64,000 bases of DNA from a virus. The notes under the pieces were generated by a model. That model was given only the letters and a program-made list of their open reading frames with translations. It was not told the origin of the DNA and ran no database searches. Where the stretch lies: the IMG/VR virus record IMGVR_UViG_3300007345_000033, one strand, 5' to 3'. The position numbers and the translations under genes are program-made. How positions within the stretch are numbered: position 1 is the stretch's first letter; each line of letters opens with the position of its first letter. Shown here piece after piece: positions 26,251 to 36,053 of this stretch.

Positions 26251-26266
26251 GGGAGCTTCGGCTCCC
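26251..26266 (+). terminator. rho-independent terminator hairpin
   Basis: gggagcttcggctccc followed by a T-rich tract, directly after the pstS stop. Confidence 0.6.
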
Positions 26267-26327
26267 ATCTTTATATTCTCCGGTCATGAGCGTTGAGTTC
26301 ACATCAGTTTATAAAAAAACATAAAAA

Positions 26328-26358
26328 AACCTCTTTACTATCATACCGGCTTAGCTTA
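26328..26358 (+). promoter_or_regulatory. sigma70-like early promoter (canonical copy)
   Basis: aaaaaacctCTTTACTatcataccggcttagctTATAATacgtgtataaattgataagga. Near-identical copies near 26985, 27995 and 29352. Confidence 0.65.
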
Positions 26359-26364
26359 TAATAC

Positions 26365-26781
26365 GTGTATAAATTGATAAGGAGTTATATCATGGGTTTA
26401 GATATGCATTTGGTTACTGTTAGTGAAGGGGAGTTTCCTCGCTACGAGAATTCTGGTTGTAACTATATTGAAGAAGCGTATTGGCGTAAGGCCAATGCTA
26501 TCCATAAATATTTTGTGGACCTGGCAGGAGTCGATAATTGTGAACCATTCTTGGTCACCAAAGAGATTCTGGAAAATCTACAAGATATTTGTCAGAAAAT
26601 TTTGGCCGACCGACAGCTAGCAGAAGATCTTCTTCCCTCACAAAGTGGTTTCTTTTTTGGTAATACGTCATACGACGATTACTACTACGACCAATTGGAA
26701 TATACTGTTGAACGAATTGAAAACCTTTTTGGGAACAAAGTTTTTGAGGGCAATGATGTTTACTATTGGGCGAGCTGGTGA
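26365..26781 (+). CDS. hypothetical protein
   Basis: Preceded by a canonical promoter (tttact-N17-tataat) and the leader gtataaattgataagga. Confidence 0.45.
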   Translation: MYKLIRSYIMGLDMHLVTVSEGEFPRYENSGCNYIEEAYWRKANAIHKYFVDLAGVDNCEPFLVTKEILENLQDICQKILADRQLAEDLLPSQSGFFFGNTSYDDYYYDQLEYTVERIENLFGNKVFEGNDVYYWASW

Positions 26782-26978
26782 TGGTTGAAATAACAGAAGA
26801 AGAATATAAATTATTTAATCTTTATCGTAAAATATTTAAACATTTAAGGCCAGAAGTATCGGGAACATATTTTATTTGCGGAGAAAGCGGCGAAAAAGAT
26901 GTGAATGGCCTCCCAGAGAAAATAACTGTATGCCCTGCCATGGGAGTTGGGTTCACATCAGTTTATAAAAAAACATAA
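26766..26978 (+). CDS. hypothetical protein
   Basis: Coupled ORF. Confidence 0.35.
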   Translation: MGELVMVEITEEEYKLFNLYRKIFKHLRPEVSGTYFICGESGEKDVNGLPEKITVCPAMGVGFTSVYKKT

Positions 26979-27045
26979 AAAACCTCTTTACTATCATGCC
27001 AGCTTAGCTTATAATACGTGTATAAATTGATTAAAGGTTTATAAG

Positions 27046-27831
27046 ATGATTTATGATCTGACCAAAGTTCCCTCTAAAATCCGGGAGCAAATTGAAACAA
27101 CTCCGAAATACCGAGAGTTGTTCTCCAAGAAACCTGAACAACTTTTGGCGATTGATGGTAATGCGAAAACCATCAAAGGTCAGAAAAAAGGTTTCAAGAC
27201 TGCTATCATGTATCTGACTCCCGGGCGTGGTTCCGGTGAGAATATGTGCCCGACAGCAGCTTTGGCTCAGTGTGAGGCTCCGTGTTTGAACACCGCTGGC
27301 ATGGGCGCCATGTCCAACGTTCAAATTGGTCGCCTCCGTAAAACCCTATTCTTCCAACAATATCGTGACGAATTTCTGGTACTCCTTCGCAAGGAAATTC
27401 GTCGTTGTGTCAAGTCTATCACGAAGAGCGGATATGTTCCTTTGATCCGCTTGAACGGCACGAGCGATATTCGTTGGGAGAATTTTGGTATTCCTCAGGA
27501 GTTTCCTGAAGTTCAGTTCTACGATTATACCAAACTCACTAATCGTAAGAATATCCCATCAAACTACGATTTGACTTTTTCCTATTCCGGTGTTCCCCTT
27601 TATCAACACGTGAACGAACAAGCTGTCAGCGCTGGCTATCGTATTGCTGTCGTGTTTCGTGAGCGTGCTATTGTGCAGCGTTTGTTAGAGAACGGGGAAA
27701 CTTTCATGGGACTTCCTGTGGTGGACGGTGATGATACGGATATCCGTCACCTTGATCCTCATGGCTCTATCGTGGCTTTGTACGCCAAGGGTAAAGCTCG
27801 TAAAGACACTTCTGGTTTTGTGGTTGATTGA
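27046..27831 (+). CDS. conserved hypothetical protein (Cys-rich)
   Basis: 261 aa. Preceded by a promoter copy at about 26985..27040. CPTAALAQCEAPC motif. Confidence 0.45.
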   Translation: MIYDLTKVPSKIREQIETTPKYRELFSKKPEQLLAIDGNAKTIKGQKKGFKTAIMYLTPGRGSGENMCPTAALAQCEAPCLNTAGMGAMSNVQIGRLRKTLFFQQYRDEFLVLLRKEIRRCVKSITKSGYVPLIRLNGTSDIRWENFGIPQEFPEVQFYDYTKLTNRKNIPSNYDLTFSYSGVPLYQHVNEQAVSAGYRIAVVFRERAIVQRLLENGETFMGLPVVDGDDTDIRHLDPHGSIVALYAKGKARKDTSGFVVD

Positions 27832-27832
27832 T

Positions 27833-27988
27833 ATGGATTATACGTTGTTTAAGGAACGAGTCTGGTTCCTTCCTGGCCGTGGGAAATACCTTTACTATGT
27901 GAGACAAAACGGTCGGTTTGTGGGCGGACCGTTTCGGTCAAAAAAAGCCGCCATCGAAGACCTGCGAGTCAGGAAAAATAATTTATAA
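27833..27988 (+). CDS. hypothetical small basic protein
   Basis: Internal Met of tracked ORF 27728..27988 located just after the upstream stop. Confidence 0.3.
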   Translation: MDYTLFKERVWFLPGRGKYLYYVRQNGRFVGGPFRSKKAAIEDLRVRKNNL

Positions 27989-28065
27989 AAAACCATAAAA
28001 AACCTCTTTACTATCATACGATCTTAGCCTATAATACGTGTATAAATTGATAAAGGTTTTATATC

Positions 28066-28281
28066 ATGTCTAAAAAAATCGATCCTGAAGTTTTGGCCTC
28101 CTTTCACGCTTGGGTCAATGACGGCCAAGAAGAGCGTTACGACGAAAACGGTTTTCTGAAACCCGAGTATGAAGACGAATACGAAAACGAAGAAGACGAG
28201 CCTTTCCAGTTTATGGGTTGGTTCGAGAATCAAAATGTTTCTGACGAAGTTTTGGCCCTGGAGGATTCTCTGTATGACTGA
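28066..28281 (+). CDS. acidic small protein
   Basis: Promoter copy at about 27990..28050. Highly acidic sequence. Confidence 0.4.
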   Translation: MSKKIDPEVLASFHAWVNDGQEERYDENGFLKPEYEDEYENEEDEPFQFMGWFENQNVSDEVLALEDSLYD

Positions 28282-28525
28282 ACGAGATAAAGCTATTTCC
28301 CGCCTTCTTAATCATATCTATATGTTAAACGAATATCGCATAGATATTGACGGAAATATGGATTATAAGGAATGGATAAAAACAAACCGTGATCCTTCGG
28401 CGGTAATGAACAAGTACCGTATCGAAGAATGCGAGGATGAAATCGAGGATTTACTCCTATCAATTGAGCTACGTATTCGTAAATGTATGGAATGGTTTAA
28501 GGAAGAAAATGATGAATGTGAATGA
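28274..28525 (+). CDS. hypothetical protein
   Basis: Internal Met of ORF 28169..28525 overlapping the upstream stop (ATGACTGA). Confidence 0.35.
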   Translation: MTERDKAISRLLNHIYMLNEYRIDIDGNMDYKEWIKTNRDPSAVMNKYRIEECEDEIEDLLLSIELRIRKCMEWFKEENDECE

Positions 28526-28823
28526 AATTTTTGAATCCCTACAAGATCTAGAATATAGTATTCTGGAGCAAACTGAAAAAGTTTCGGCCAGAGACCTGGG
28601 CCTTGATCCTCGTTGTGGAATTTTTCATGTGGATAAAGATGGCGAGTTCGTGATGGTGGATAAACATGATCGTCGTAGAGTGGACTACTACGGTGGCCTG
28701 GAATATGTCGATGAAGAAAACATCTTAACCCTGAACGAATACGTTTTGTATATGGCAGATCACGGGCGGATCGCCAGAATGATTAAATTTTATCATGAGA
28801 ATAAAGAATCCGATAATGTATAA
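28509..28823 (+). CDS. hypothetical protein
   Basis: Internal Met of ORF 28437..28823, coupled. Confidence 0.35.
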   Translation: MMNVNEIFESLQDLEYSILEQTEKVSARDLGLDPRCGIFHVDKDGEFVMVDKHDRRRVDYYGGLEYVDEENILTLNEYVLYMADHGRIARMIKFYHENKESDNV

Positions 28824-29417
28824 GCTTCTGAAAGATCATAGCATGGAGGAAATCTACGCTATGATGGCCTCCCATAAAAACGGCAAGACCATTGAGATGC
28901 TGGTGAACGGCAAATGGCAAACAGCAGTTATGCCTCTTTGGTGGCCGAATTGTACCTATAGAGTCAAACATTAAAACCGATAGTTGACTCATAAGTATTC
29001 TTGATTAGAGGAGAATAAATTTATTATGTATATAATGGAAAACAGGAGATTATGTATATGTGTTTGAAAATGAAAAAAACTTCAGAGACGCCATGGCCAT
29101 GACCACACAAAATTATTCTGGCTTTTCTTTGACTCTTTACTCCGTATTTGTCCTGAGAAAGAACGAAAGGGTAAAACATGGCAGTACACTATCATAAAAG
29201 ACATTACTGGTTTCTTCGATAAACAAATCAAAATTTATGGAAACCCCAGAAAAAATGTTATCTTAAAAATGGTTGAGGTGTATTATAAAGCTTGACCACT
29301 ATAGAATAGTATATAATATTGAACTAAAATGAAACGGCCCCAAGCCAATAAAAAGCTCTTTACTTTCATAAAGGCCTAGGCTATAATACGTGTATAAATT
29401 GATAAAGGGAATATACT

Positions 29418-30236
29418 ATGTCAAGAAATAAAACCCGTTTGCCGGTGATGACCGTTTCCTCCAAGCCCGTTGTTCATGAAGAAACTGACGAGCAAGTAAG
29501 TCAGCGTATTTACGACCGTTTCGACGTCCTTGGACTTCTGGCCGAGGCCTGTATTCTAGGTACGGCTCGCTCACTAATCGTTTCTGGTCCGGCTGGCCTG
29601 GGTAAGTCATATACGGTTGAGGAAAAGCTAGCCGGGCATACCAATAGTAGTTTGATTGTGAAGGGTTACGTTCGAGCAACCGGTCTGATTAAACTTCTAT
29701 ACAACTATCGTAATGAGGGGCAGGTTCTTGTATTCGACGACGCCGATACTATCTTTCATGACGATACCTCACTCAATATTCTGAAGGCCGTTTGTGATAC
29801 AACCGAGCAACGCCGAGTATCCTGGCTCTCCGAAGGCACTTTAATTGATGATGAAACCGGCGAGGAAGTTCCCAAGAGCTTCGACTTCAACGGCACAATT
29901 ATCTTTATCACAAACCTTGACTTCGACGCCATGATTAATAAGCGTCATAAACTCACTCCACACCTGGAAGCACTTGTATCACGTAGTCACTATATTGACT
30001 TGTCACTTAAAACACGCCGTGACTACTTGATTCGTATCAAACAAGTGGTAAGCCAGGGTATGCTAAACAACTTTCTCTCGGACACTAATAAAGAAAAAGA
30101 GGTAATGGACTTCATTGAAGAAAACCAAAACAGCCTCCGAGAGCTTTCACTTCGTATGGCAATCAAAGTAGCCAACCTAAGAGCCGGCAATCCTCAGAAC
30201 TGGCAACGCATCGCCCGTGTAACTTGTTGTAAGTAA
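29418..30236 (+). CDS. AAA-family P-loop ATPase
   Basis: Walker A GPAGLGKS. Walker B VLVFDDAD. Promoter copy at 29352..29400. Confidence 0.55.
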   Translation: MSRNKTRLPVMTVSSKPVVHEETDEQVSQRIYDRFDVLGLLAEACILGTARSLIVSGPAGLGKSYTVEEKLAGHTNSSLIVKGYVRATGLIKLLYNYRNEGQVLVFDDADTIFHDDTSLNILKAVCDTTEQRRVSWLSEGTLIDDETGEEVPKSFDFNGTIIFITNLDFDAMINKRHKLTPHLEALVSRSHYIDLSLKTRRDYLIRIKQVVSQGMLNNFLSDTNKEKEVMDFIEENQNSLRELSLRMAIKVANLRAGNPQNWQRIARVTCCK

Positions 30237-30606
30237 AGGAATATAGACTAATGACTCCCTTCGGAAAACTCCCCAAAGACGTACAACGTACCATGCAAAA
30301 AGAACTGGAAAAAGGCCAGACCTTTGAAATGTTTGAATTAAACTTCCAACAATGGTTTCCGTTGAATAATATAACAAAATTTGATGATAGTCTAATATAC
30401 CGTAAGACTAAGTGATAGTGAAAAGATCGTATAGTTTTTTATGTAGTTTAAACTGTACGGTCTAACCCTAAACAATAACATATGTTATATAATAAGTGTT
30501 AAAAAAACGAATGATTAAAAATCCCCAAAAATAAACCTCAGCGAATCAACGATTGTATCAGTCGTGTACGGCGATGTATGGCCTTGAAATGGAGACTAGA
30601 AAAACA

Positions 30607-31005
30607 ATGAAATTCCACGAAATTATCCCTGGATTGATTGATGGTAAAAGGTATCGTCGCCGGAATTGGAAAGACGCCACCAGATATATCTATGCTGATG
30701 TATATACTGATGGTAGCTATGACATATGCGATAACGATTCTTTTGTTGTTGACTCATCAATTGGTAACTGGCTTACTAGCGGTTATGATGAATGGGAAGA
30801 ATACAAAGAATATCCCAAAAATCTAAGCTTTATTGAGGCATGTCGTATGGCAAAAGAAGATGGTGCTGTTGTTAGCACGGGCAGCCGTTCTAATTATGAA
30901 TGGGATGATGGTGCACTGAGAATGCAACATTCAGTATATGTTATTTTTACAGATGAATGTGTTTTTGACAAATGGCATGTTGTTTATTATAAAGGAGAAA
31001 AGTAA
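30607..31005 (+). CDS. hypothetical protein
   Basis: Internal Met of ORF 30553..31005. Confidence 0.35.
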   Translation: MKFHEIIPGLIDGKRYRRRNWKDATRYIYADVYTDGSYDICDNDSFVVDSSIGNWLTSGYDEWEEYKEYPKNLSFIEACRMAKEDGAVVSTGSRSNYEWDDGALRMQHSVYVIFTDECVFDKWHVVYYKGEK

Positions 31006-31418
31006 TGACTGTACGTAATGAAAGCAAGCTAGCACTAGGTGATATGCATGCAGCTCATGTTCGTCATCTTATGATGGCTGAACGGGATGGTAAGACAATT
31101 CAACGTTATACTAATGGTTGGCATGATGTTCGCGAAAAATGCAATTGGTATCTAGATAATGTTTATCGTGTCAAGCCAAATATTGAATTGCGTATTCCAT
31201 GGGAAGTGATCGACCGGAGATGGCAATGGGCAGCTATGGATCGGAATCTAGAAGTGTTTATGTACCCGGAAAAACCAAAAATTAGTGAAAACTACGACGA
31301 CATGTGGGTTTCTGGTGGGGAAGATTATCGGCGGATTGATCATATCGTATTGTTCGATAATCTACCAGACCATAGCGATTGGAAGTTCACACTAACAAAG
31401 CGACCAAATGATGTTTGA
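31005..31418 (+). CDS. hypothetical protein
   Basis: ATGA-coupled. Trp-rich. Confidence 0.4.
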   Translation: MTVRNESKLALGDMHAAHVRHLMMAERDGKTIQRYTNGWHDVREKCNWYLDNVYRVKPNIELRIPWEVIDRRWQWAAMDRNLEVFMYPEKPKISENYDDMWVSGGEDYRRIDHIVLFDNLPDHSDWKFTLTKRPNDV

Positions 31419-31875
31419 TTTTAATAATTTGAAAATTGGTGATACTGTTTATCGGGTTATCGAAGAGTGCCGGATGTTTGATGATACCCCTGACAAAGAA
31501 TTCGCTGAGTTTGATGGTAAGGTGTGGTTTCGGTATACAGCCAAAACGTGGGTTGGAAAGATAAAAGAACTAACAGTGACTGGCAAAACCGCAACAAACA
31601 TTGAAGGTGATATTGGTAATTCTGGGGATAAATATGAACTTCTTGATCGGGTTTATCTAGTTGACGATAAATGTGATTATCAGTATATCACAATTGAAGA
31701 TATTAACGAACATGGAACTGTTGAGTATTTCACTGATAGAAAAGAAGCTGAGGAAAAAGTATCAAAGATTAATCGAATGCATGATCGAAATTTCTCAACA
31801 TTGAAAGAAGCTGAGGAACATCAGAAAAACGGTAGATTGTTAAAAATGAATATTCTAAAGTCTCTGGGAGATTGA
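31408..31875 (+). CDS. hypothetical protein
   Basis: Coupled ORF. Last plus-strand early gene before the repeat blocks. Confidence 0.4.
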   Translation: MMFDFNNLKIGDTVYRVIEECRMFDDTPDKEFAEFDGKVWFRYTAKTWVGKIKELTVTGKTATNIEGDIGNSGDKYELLDRVYLVDDKCDYQYITIEDINEHGTVEYFTDRKEAEEKVSKINRMHDRNFSTLKEAEEHQKNGRLLKMNILKSLGD

Positions 31876-32000
31876 TATGTGTAACGTACCAACATGGCTG
31901 ACCAACTCTCGTGACCAACATGGCTGACCAACTCTCGTGACCAACATGGCTGACCAACTCTCGTGACCAACTTCCTTGACCAACTTCCTTGACCAACTTC
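31876..32000. repeat. tandem direct repeats (23-bp unit x3, then 13-bp unit caacttccttgac x3)
   Basis: ccaacatggctgaccaactctcgtga repeated three times, then gaccaacttcc(t/c)t three times. Confidence 0.8.
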
Positions 32001-32254
32001 CCTGACAACATGGTGTAAAAAAAGGCGGTCAAAAGCCGCCCATACTTTTCTATTATAACAATGATTCCGGAAGTGTAATATACAATCCACTATACGTTTT
32101 TAATAATTTCTAAAATTAAGTTTTCATAATTCAATTCAATAGTAATGTATGTTTAATGCATAATGGGTATAATAAGGTCTAATGATAATTGCCTAACAGC
32201 TAGACCTTATTATACATTGTAATATAGTGTGTTGTATTGTATAATATGTTGGAT

Positions 32255-32400
32255 TCTTGGTTGCGCATTCTTGGTTCTAGAATCTTGGTTGCGCATTCCT
32301 GTTAGATTCCTGGTTGTAGATTCTTGGTTGCGCATTCTTGGTTCGCGAATCCTGGTTCCGGATTCTTGGTTCTCGATCGTTAAACGCTGGGTTAGGAAGG
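32255..32400. repeat. tandem degenerate repeats of about 14-16 bp (attcttggttgcgc / atcctggttc family, about 9 copies)
   Basis: Visible periodic reiteration of (a)ttc(t/c)tggtt(g/c/t)(c/t)(g/a) units. Confidence 0.75.
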
Positions 32401-32565
32401 ATCCGTTACATCGAAAGGATATTTCGGAAATGAGTTGTTTTCTTTCTTCGAACACGATGGAACCGATTAGTTCATTTCGAAACTCGTGGCGTTTAACTTA
32501 GTTTTATATCTTAACCGTTTAGGGGCTGAAAGTAAAGGGGTAATCCGTTGAATTCATTAATTTTT

Positions 32566-32814
32566 TTATGGCGATCGCGCGCTTCGGTCATAAAATATGA
32601 ATATGCCGACGGCGCGCCCAAGCACCTTATGAACTTGACCCATGATATCCGCAGCTAGCAAAGCGTCTCCGTTTGAAACTTTTAAGGCCACAGACATTAA
32701 AGTGCTGTTGGCATTAATCCGTTCAAATAAATCTGAACTGGTTTCCAAAGTTTTTAATGAAGGTTCAATTTCAGGCTGCCAAGAAAAAGTTTCCATTACA
32801 TCGCCGAGTTTCAT
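32566..32814 (-). CDS. small protein in a PeSL-like cassette
   Basis: Minus-strand ORF with the cassette promoter (revcomp ctttact-N17-tataat) immediately upstream at about 32830..32880. Confidence 0.4.
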   Translation of the reverse strand: MKLGDVMETFSWQPEIEPSLKTLETSSDLFERINANSTLMSVALKVSNGDALLAADIMGQVHKVLGRAVGIFIFYDRSARSP

Positions 32815-32915
32815 AAAACTTCTCCATAAGATTAAACCCCATTATACCCTAAGCTGCCATGGAAGTAAAGAGGTTTTTTATGGCCTGGCGCGCTGGGAGC
32901 CGAAGCTCCCATTTC

Positions 32916-33137
32916 TCATTTATTTTTAACCCATGGAATTTTCTCCAAATCTTTTCCAATCGCCTGCTCAATACGATCAATTGCATCATACTCATTATCA
33001 GCTACGCATAAAATGCCATAACCATCACCAATGGCGATAAACGGCCCGAGACGACCAACCAATCGTTCACAAACCAACGTACCATTCTCATAGGCACGAC
33101 GTATATTAATATCATTCAAACACATCAGCAAACCCAT
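32916..33137 (-). CDS. cassette small protein
   Basis: Minus-strand ORF flanked by a cassette promoter (33150..33200) and a terminator. Confidence 0.4.
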   Translation of the reverse strand: MGLLMCLNDINIRRAYENGTLVCERLVGRLGPFIAIGDGYGILCVADNEYDAIDRIEQAIGKDLEKIPWVKNK

Positions 33138-33520
33138 AGATTTAACTCCTTATTACCTATAGGTATGTTATACCCTAAGCTGCCATGGAAGTAAAGAGGT
33201 TTTATATGGCCTGGCGCGCTGGAGGAAATCCCTCCAGCTTTACGTTTATTTTTCTCGGTAATTGATATCAATCAATAGCATTACGGCGATCCCGATAAAC
33301 AAAACGGTGAAATAGACAAACACTCCAGCATAAGTCATTAATAGTTCTCCAGTACAAACAGATCATAAGCTACAAGGCCAATGATAACGAACACGAAAAA
33401 AGTAGTCATAGCGAACCCCTAAAAGCTATAGGTACATTATACCCTAAGCTGCCATGGAAGTAAAGAGGTTTTCTATGGCCCAGCGCGCGATGGAGAAAAG
33501 GGGGCCGAAGCCCCCTTAAA

Positions 33521-33769
33521 TCAGGCTACCTCAATTTCGGGTTCGGAGGCTTTGGCCTTAGTATCGGCAAAGCTTTCACCGGTTGCCCGGCCATTACGGA
33601 CAGCCGAACGATAAGCACGGGTAGCTTCCTTAATACCGAATCCATCCTTTTCCAAGTTTTCGGAATGGATAGCTTCCACGATCAGGGGAAGGACATCTTC
33701 CATAGCCTTGTCGGTGTTAGCGTTCATTACTCCAGCGACAACCGAACGGCGAGTAGGGCGATTCCACAT
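33521..33769 (-). CDS. cassette small protein, MWNRPTRRSVVA family (copy 1)
   Basis: 82 aa. Near-identical to 33901..34149, 36967..37215 and the N-terminus of 36054..36563. Own promoter, RBS (ggagttaaagctATG) and gggggccgaagccccc terminator. Confidence 0.6.
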   Translation of the reverse strand: MWNRPTRRSVVAGVMNANTDKAMEDVLPLIVEAIHSENLEKDGFGIKEATRAYRSAVRNGRATGESFADTKAKASEPEIEVA

Positions 33770-33900
33770 AGCTTTAACTCCTTATTAACTATACCCCATT
33801 GTACCCTAAGCTGCCATGGAAGTAAAGAGGTTTTCTTAGGTTTTTTAAGAATCCTCCGGCGCGCTCTGGCAAAAGAAAAGGGGGCCGAAGCCCCCTTAAA

Positions 33901-34149
33901 TCAGGCTACCTCAATTTCGGGTTCGGCAGCCTTAGCTTTAGAATCAGCATAGCTTTCACCAGGAGCACGACCGTTGCGAACAGCCGAACGATAGGCACGG
34001 GTAGCTTCCTTAATGCCAAAGCCATCTTTCTCTAAGTTTTCGGAATGGATAGCTTCCACGATCAAAGGCAAAACGGCTTCCATAGGCTGGCCTTCGTTAG
34101 CAGACATAACAGAGGCAACAACCGAACGGCGAGTAGGACGATTCCACAT
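33901..34149 (-). CDS. cassette small protein, MWNRPTRRSVVA family (copy 2)
   Basis: Paralog with the same flanking cassette elements. Confidence 0.6.
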   Translation of the reverse strand: MWNRPTRRSVVASVMSANEGQPMEAVLPLIVEAIHSENLEKDGFGIKEATRAYRSAVRNGRAPGESYADSKAKAAEPEIEVA

Positions 34150-34549
34150 AGCTTTAACTCCTTATTAACTATAGGTATGTTATACCCTAAGCTGCCATGG
34201 AAGTAAAGAGGTTTTCTTAAGTTTTCTTAAAAAATCCGCGAGCGCGCTGGGGAGCCGAAGCTCCCCGTTGGATCATGCTATGCTAGTATGGATTCTACGA
34301 AGGGATTCTTCGTCGATACCTTTCAATTCTTGTAGTGTACGTTTACGGATAGTCATCCGGTCCGAATCCTTGTGCATCGGATTGCTCATAATTTTGTCAG
34401 TGATGTGATTTGTAATCTCACGGCGGATGGCGGCAATGGTTTTCATAGCAGAACTCCTTAAAAGCTATAGGTACATTATACCCTATGCTGCTATGGAAGT
34501 AAAGAGGTTTTCTATGGCCAGCGCGCTGGGAGCCGAAGCTCCCCTTTCC

Positions 34550-34747
34550 TTATTCTTTCAACATACGTATTAGCATTTTTACTACGGCTGGATTATCCAT
34601 TTTAAAGATTTTGGTATTTTGGCCTGTATTCTGTGGTGGCACATATTCAAACCACGCACCGCTCTCATCCCGGCGAAAGCGAAGGCACTCCCCGGCTGGA
34701 CGGTCGATATCACCTAACACTAGATTGCCGTAATTATTTTTATTCAT
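34550..34747 (-). CDS. cassette small protein
   Basis: ORF with a cassette promoter and terminator. Confidence 0.4.
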   Translation of the reverse strand: MNKNNYGNLVLGDIDRPAGECLRFRRDESGAWFEYVPPQNTGQNTKIFKMDNPAVVKMLIRMLKE

Positions 34748-34864
34748 CAGCAGGTCTCCTTAAAAGCTATAGGTACATTATACCTTAAACGGGCATGGAA
34801 GTAAAGAGGTTTTTTATGGCCAAGCGCGCGATCGCGAAAAAAGGGAGCCGAAGCTCCCCTTTCC

Positions 34865-35038
34865 TTACTCATCAATATTAGCTAGAGCAGCTGGGCGCCA
34901 ATCATAATCAAACGCAGCGAGTTGACGGGCAAGCTCACACAAAAACGTCCAGTCGTCACCGTAGACCCGGCACTCTTTAATATAACGGTCATAAACGGCA
35001 GAAGCGGCTTCAAAGGCAACACGAGTGGTAATCATCAT
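34865..35038 (-). CDS. cassette small protein, MIKTR/MMITTR family (copy 1, 57 aa)
   Basis: Below the ORF-track cutoff. Manually translated MMITTRVAFEAASAVYDRYIKECRVYGDDWTF... Paralog of 35503..35682 and 35791..35937. Confidence 0.45.
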   Translation of the reverse strand: MMITTRVAFEAASAVYDRYIKECRVYGDDWTFLCELARQLAAFDYDWRPAALANIDE

Positions 35039-35156
35039 TTAAGGCTCCTTATTAACTATAGGTCATTATACCCTAAGCTGCCGTGGAAGTAAAGAGGTTT
35101 TCTTAGAATTCTTCGGCGCGCTTCGGGTAAGAAAAAAGGGGCCGAAGCCCCTTTCC

Positions 35157-35387
35157 TCAAAGTTCTTTTTCAACTATTTCAATATATTCGTTCAGAATAT
35201 CACGAACATTTTTTACATCATAAAGATCGGCGAAAGTAAAAGTTGGGGAATTATAAGAATCTCCAGGGATAACTTCTAACTCAATAGTTAGCTGGGTAGA
35301 ATTATCAGCAAATTCCTCAATATATATTCCCATTTTTTCGTGGCTAAGGTCGAAGCCTTCAGAAATATAAGAATTTTTGATAGACAT
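35157..35387 (-). CDS. cassette small protein
   Basis: ORF with a cassette promoter and terminator. Confidence 0.4.
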   Translation of the reverse strand: MSIKNSYISEGFDLSHEKMGIYIEEFADNSTQLTIELEVIPGDSYNSPTFTFADLYDVKNVRDILNEYIEIVEKEL

Positions 35388-35502
35388 AATTTGCTCCTTT
35401 AAGTTATAAGAGTATATTACCCTAAGCTACCGTGGAAGTAAAGAGGTTTTCTTAGAATCCGTGAGCGCGCCATCGCGAAAAAGGGGCCGAAGCCCCTTTC
35501 CT

Positions 35503-35682
35503 TATGTAAAGTCGTATCCTAGTGCTTTTAATAAAGCCTCGGCGCATCTACGGTCATAATCGGCGAGTTGACGGGATATCTCAGACAAAAACTTCGAGTC
35601 GTCACCGGACGTCCGGCCCTCAGCAATATATTTGTCATAAACGGCACAAGCGGCCTCGTAGGCAAGACGGGTCTTAATCATA
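35503..35682 (-). CDS. cassette small protein, MIKTR family (copy 2, 59 aa)
   Basis: Manually translated MIKTRLAYEAACAVYDKYIAEGRTSGDDSKFLSEISRQLADYDRRCAEALLKALGYDFT. Confidence 0.45.
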
Positions 35683-35790
35683 GTAGAACTCCTTAGTAAC
35701 TATAGGTATGTTATACCCTAAACGGGCATAGAAGTAAAGAGGTTTTCTTAGAATTCTTCAGCGCGCTGGGGAGCCGAAGCTCCCCGTTGA

Positions 35791-35937
35791 TCATTTCAGA
35801 TAGGTACGTTCGTATTCACCGATTTGATAAGCAAGCTCAAACAAAAACTTGAAATCGTTACCAGACGTCCGGCCCAAATCCTGATAGGACTGATAAACGG
35901 CTAGAGCAGCTTCGTAGGCAACACGGGTCTTAATCAT
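35791..35937 (-). CDS. cassette small protein, MIKTR family (copy 3, 48 aa)
   Basis: Manually translated MIKTRVAYEAALAVYQSYQDLGRTSGNDFKFLFELAYQIGEYERTYLK. Confidence 0.45.
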   Translation of the reverse strand: MIKTRVAYEAALAVYQSYQDLGRTSGNDFKFLFELAYQIGEYERTYLK

Positions 35938-36053
35938 AGCAGAACTCCTTATTAACTATAGGTCATTGTACCCTAAGACGCCATGGAAGTAAAGAGGTTT
36001 TCTTAGAATTCTTCAGCGCGCTGGCAAAAGAAAAGGGGCCGAAGCCCCTTTAA

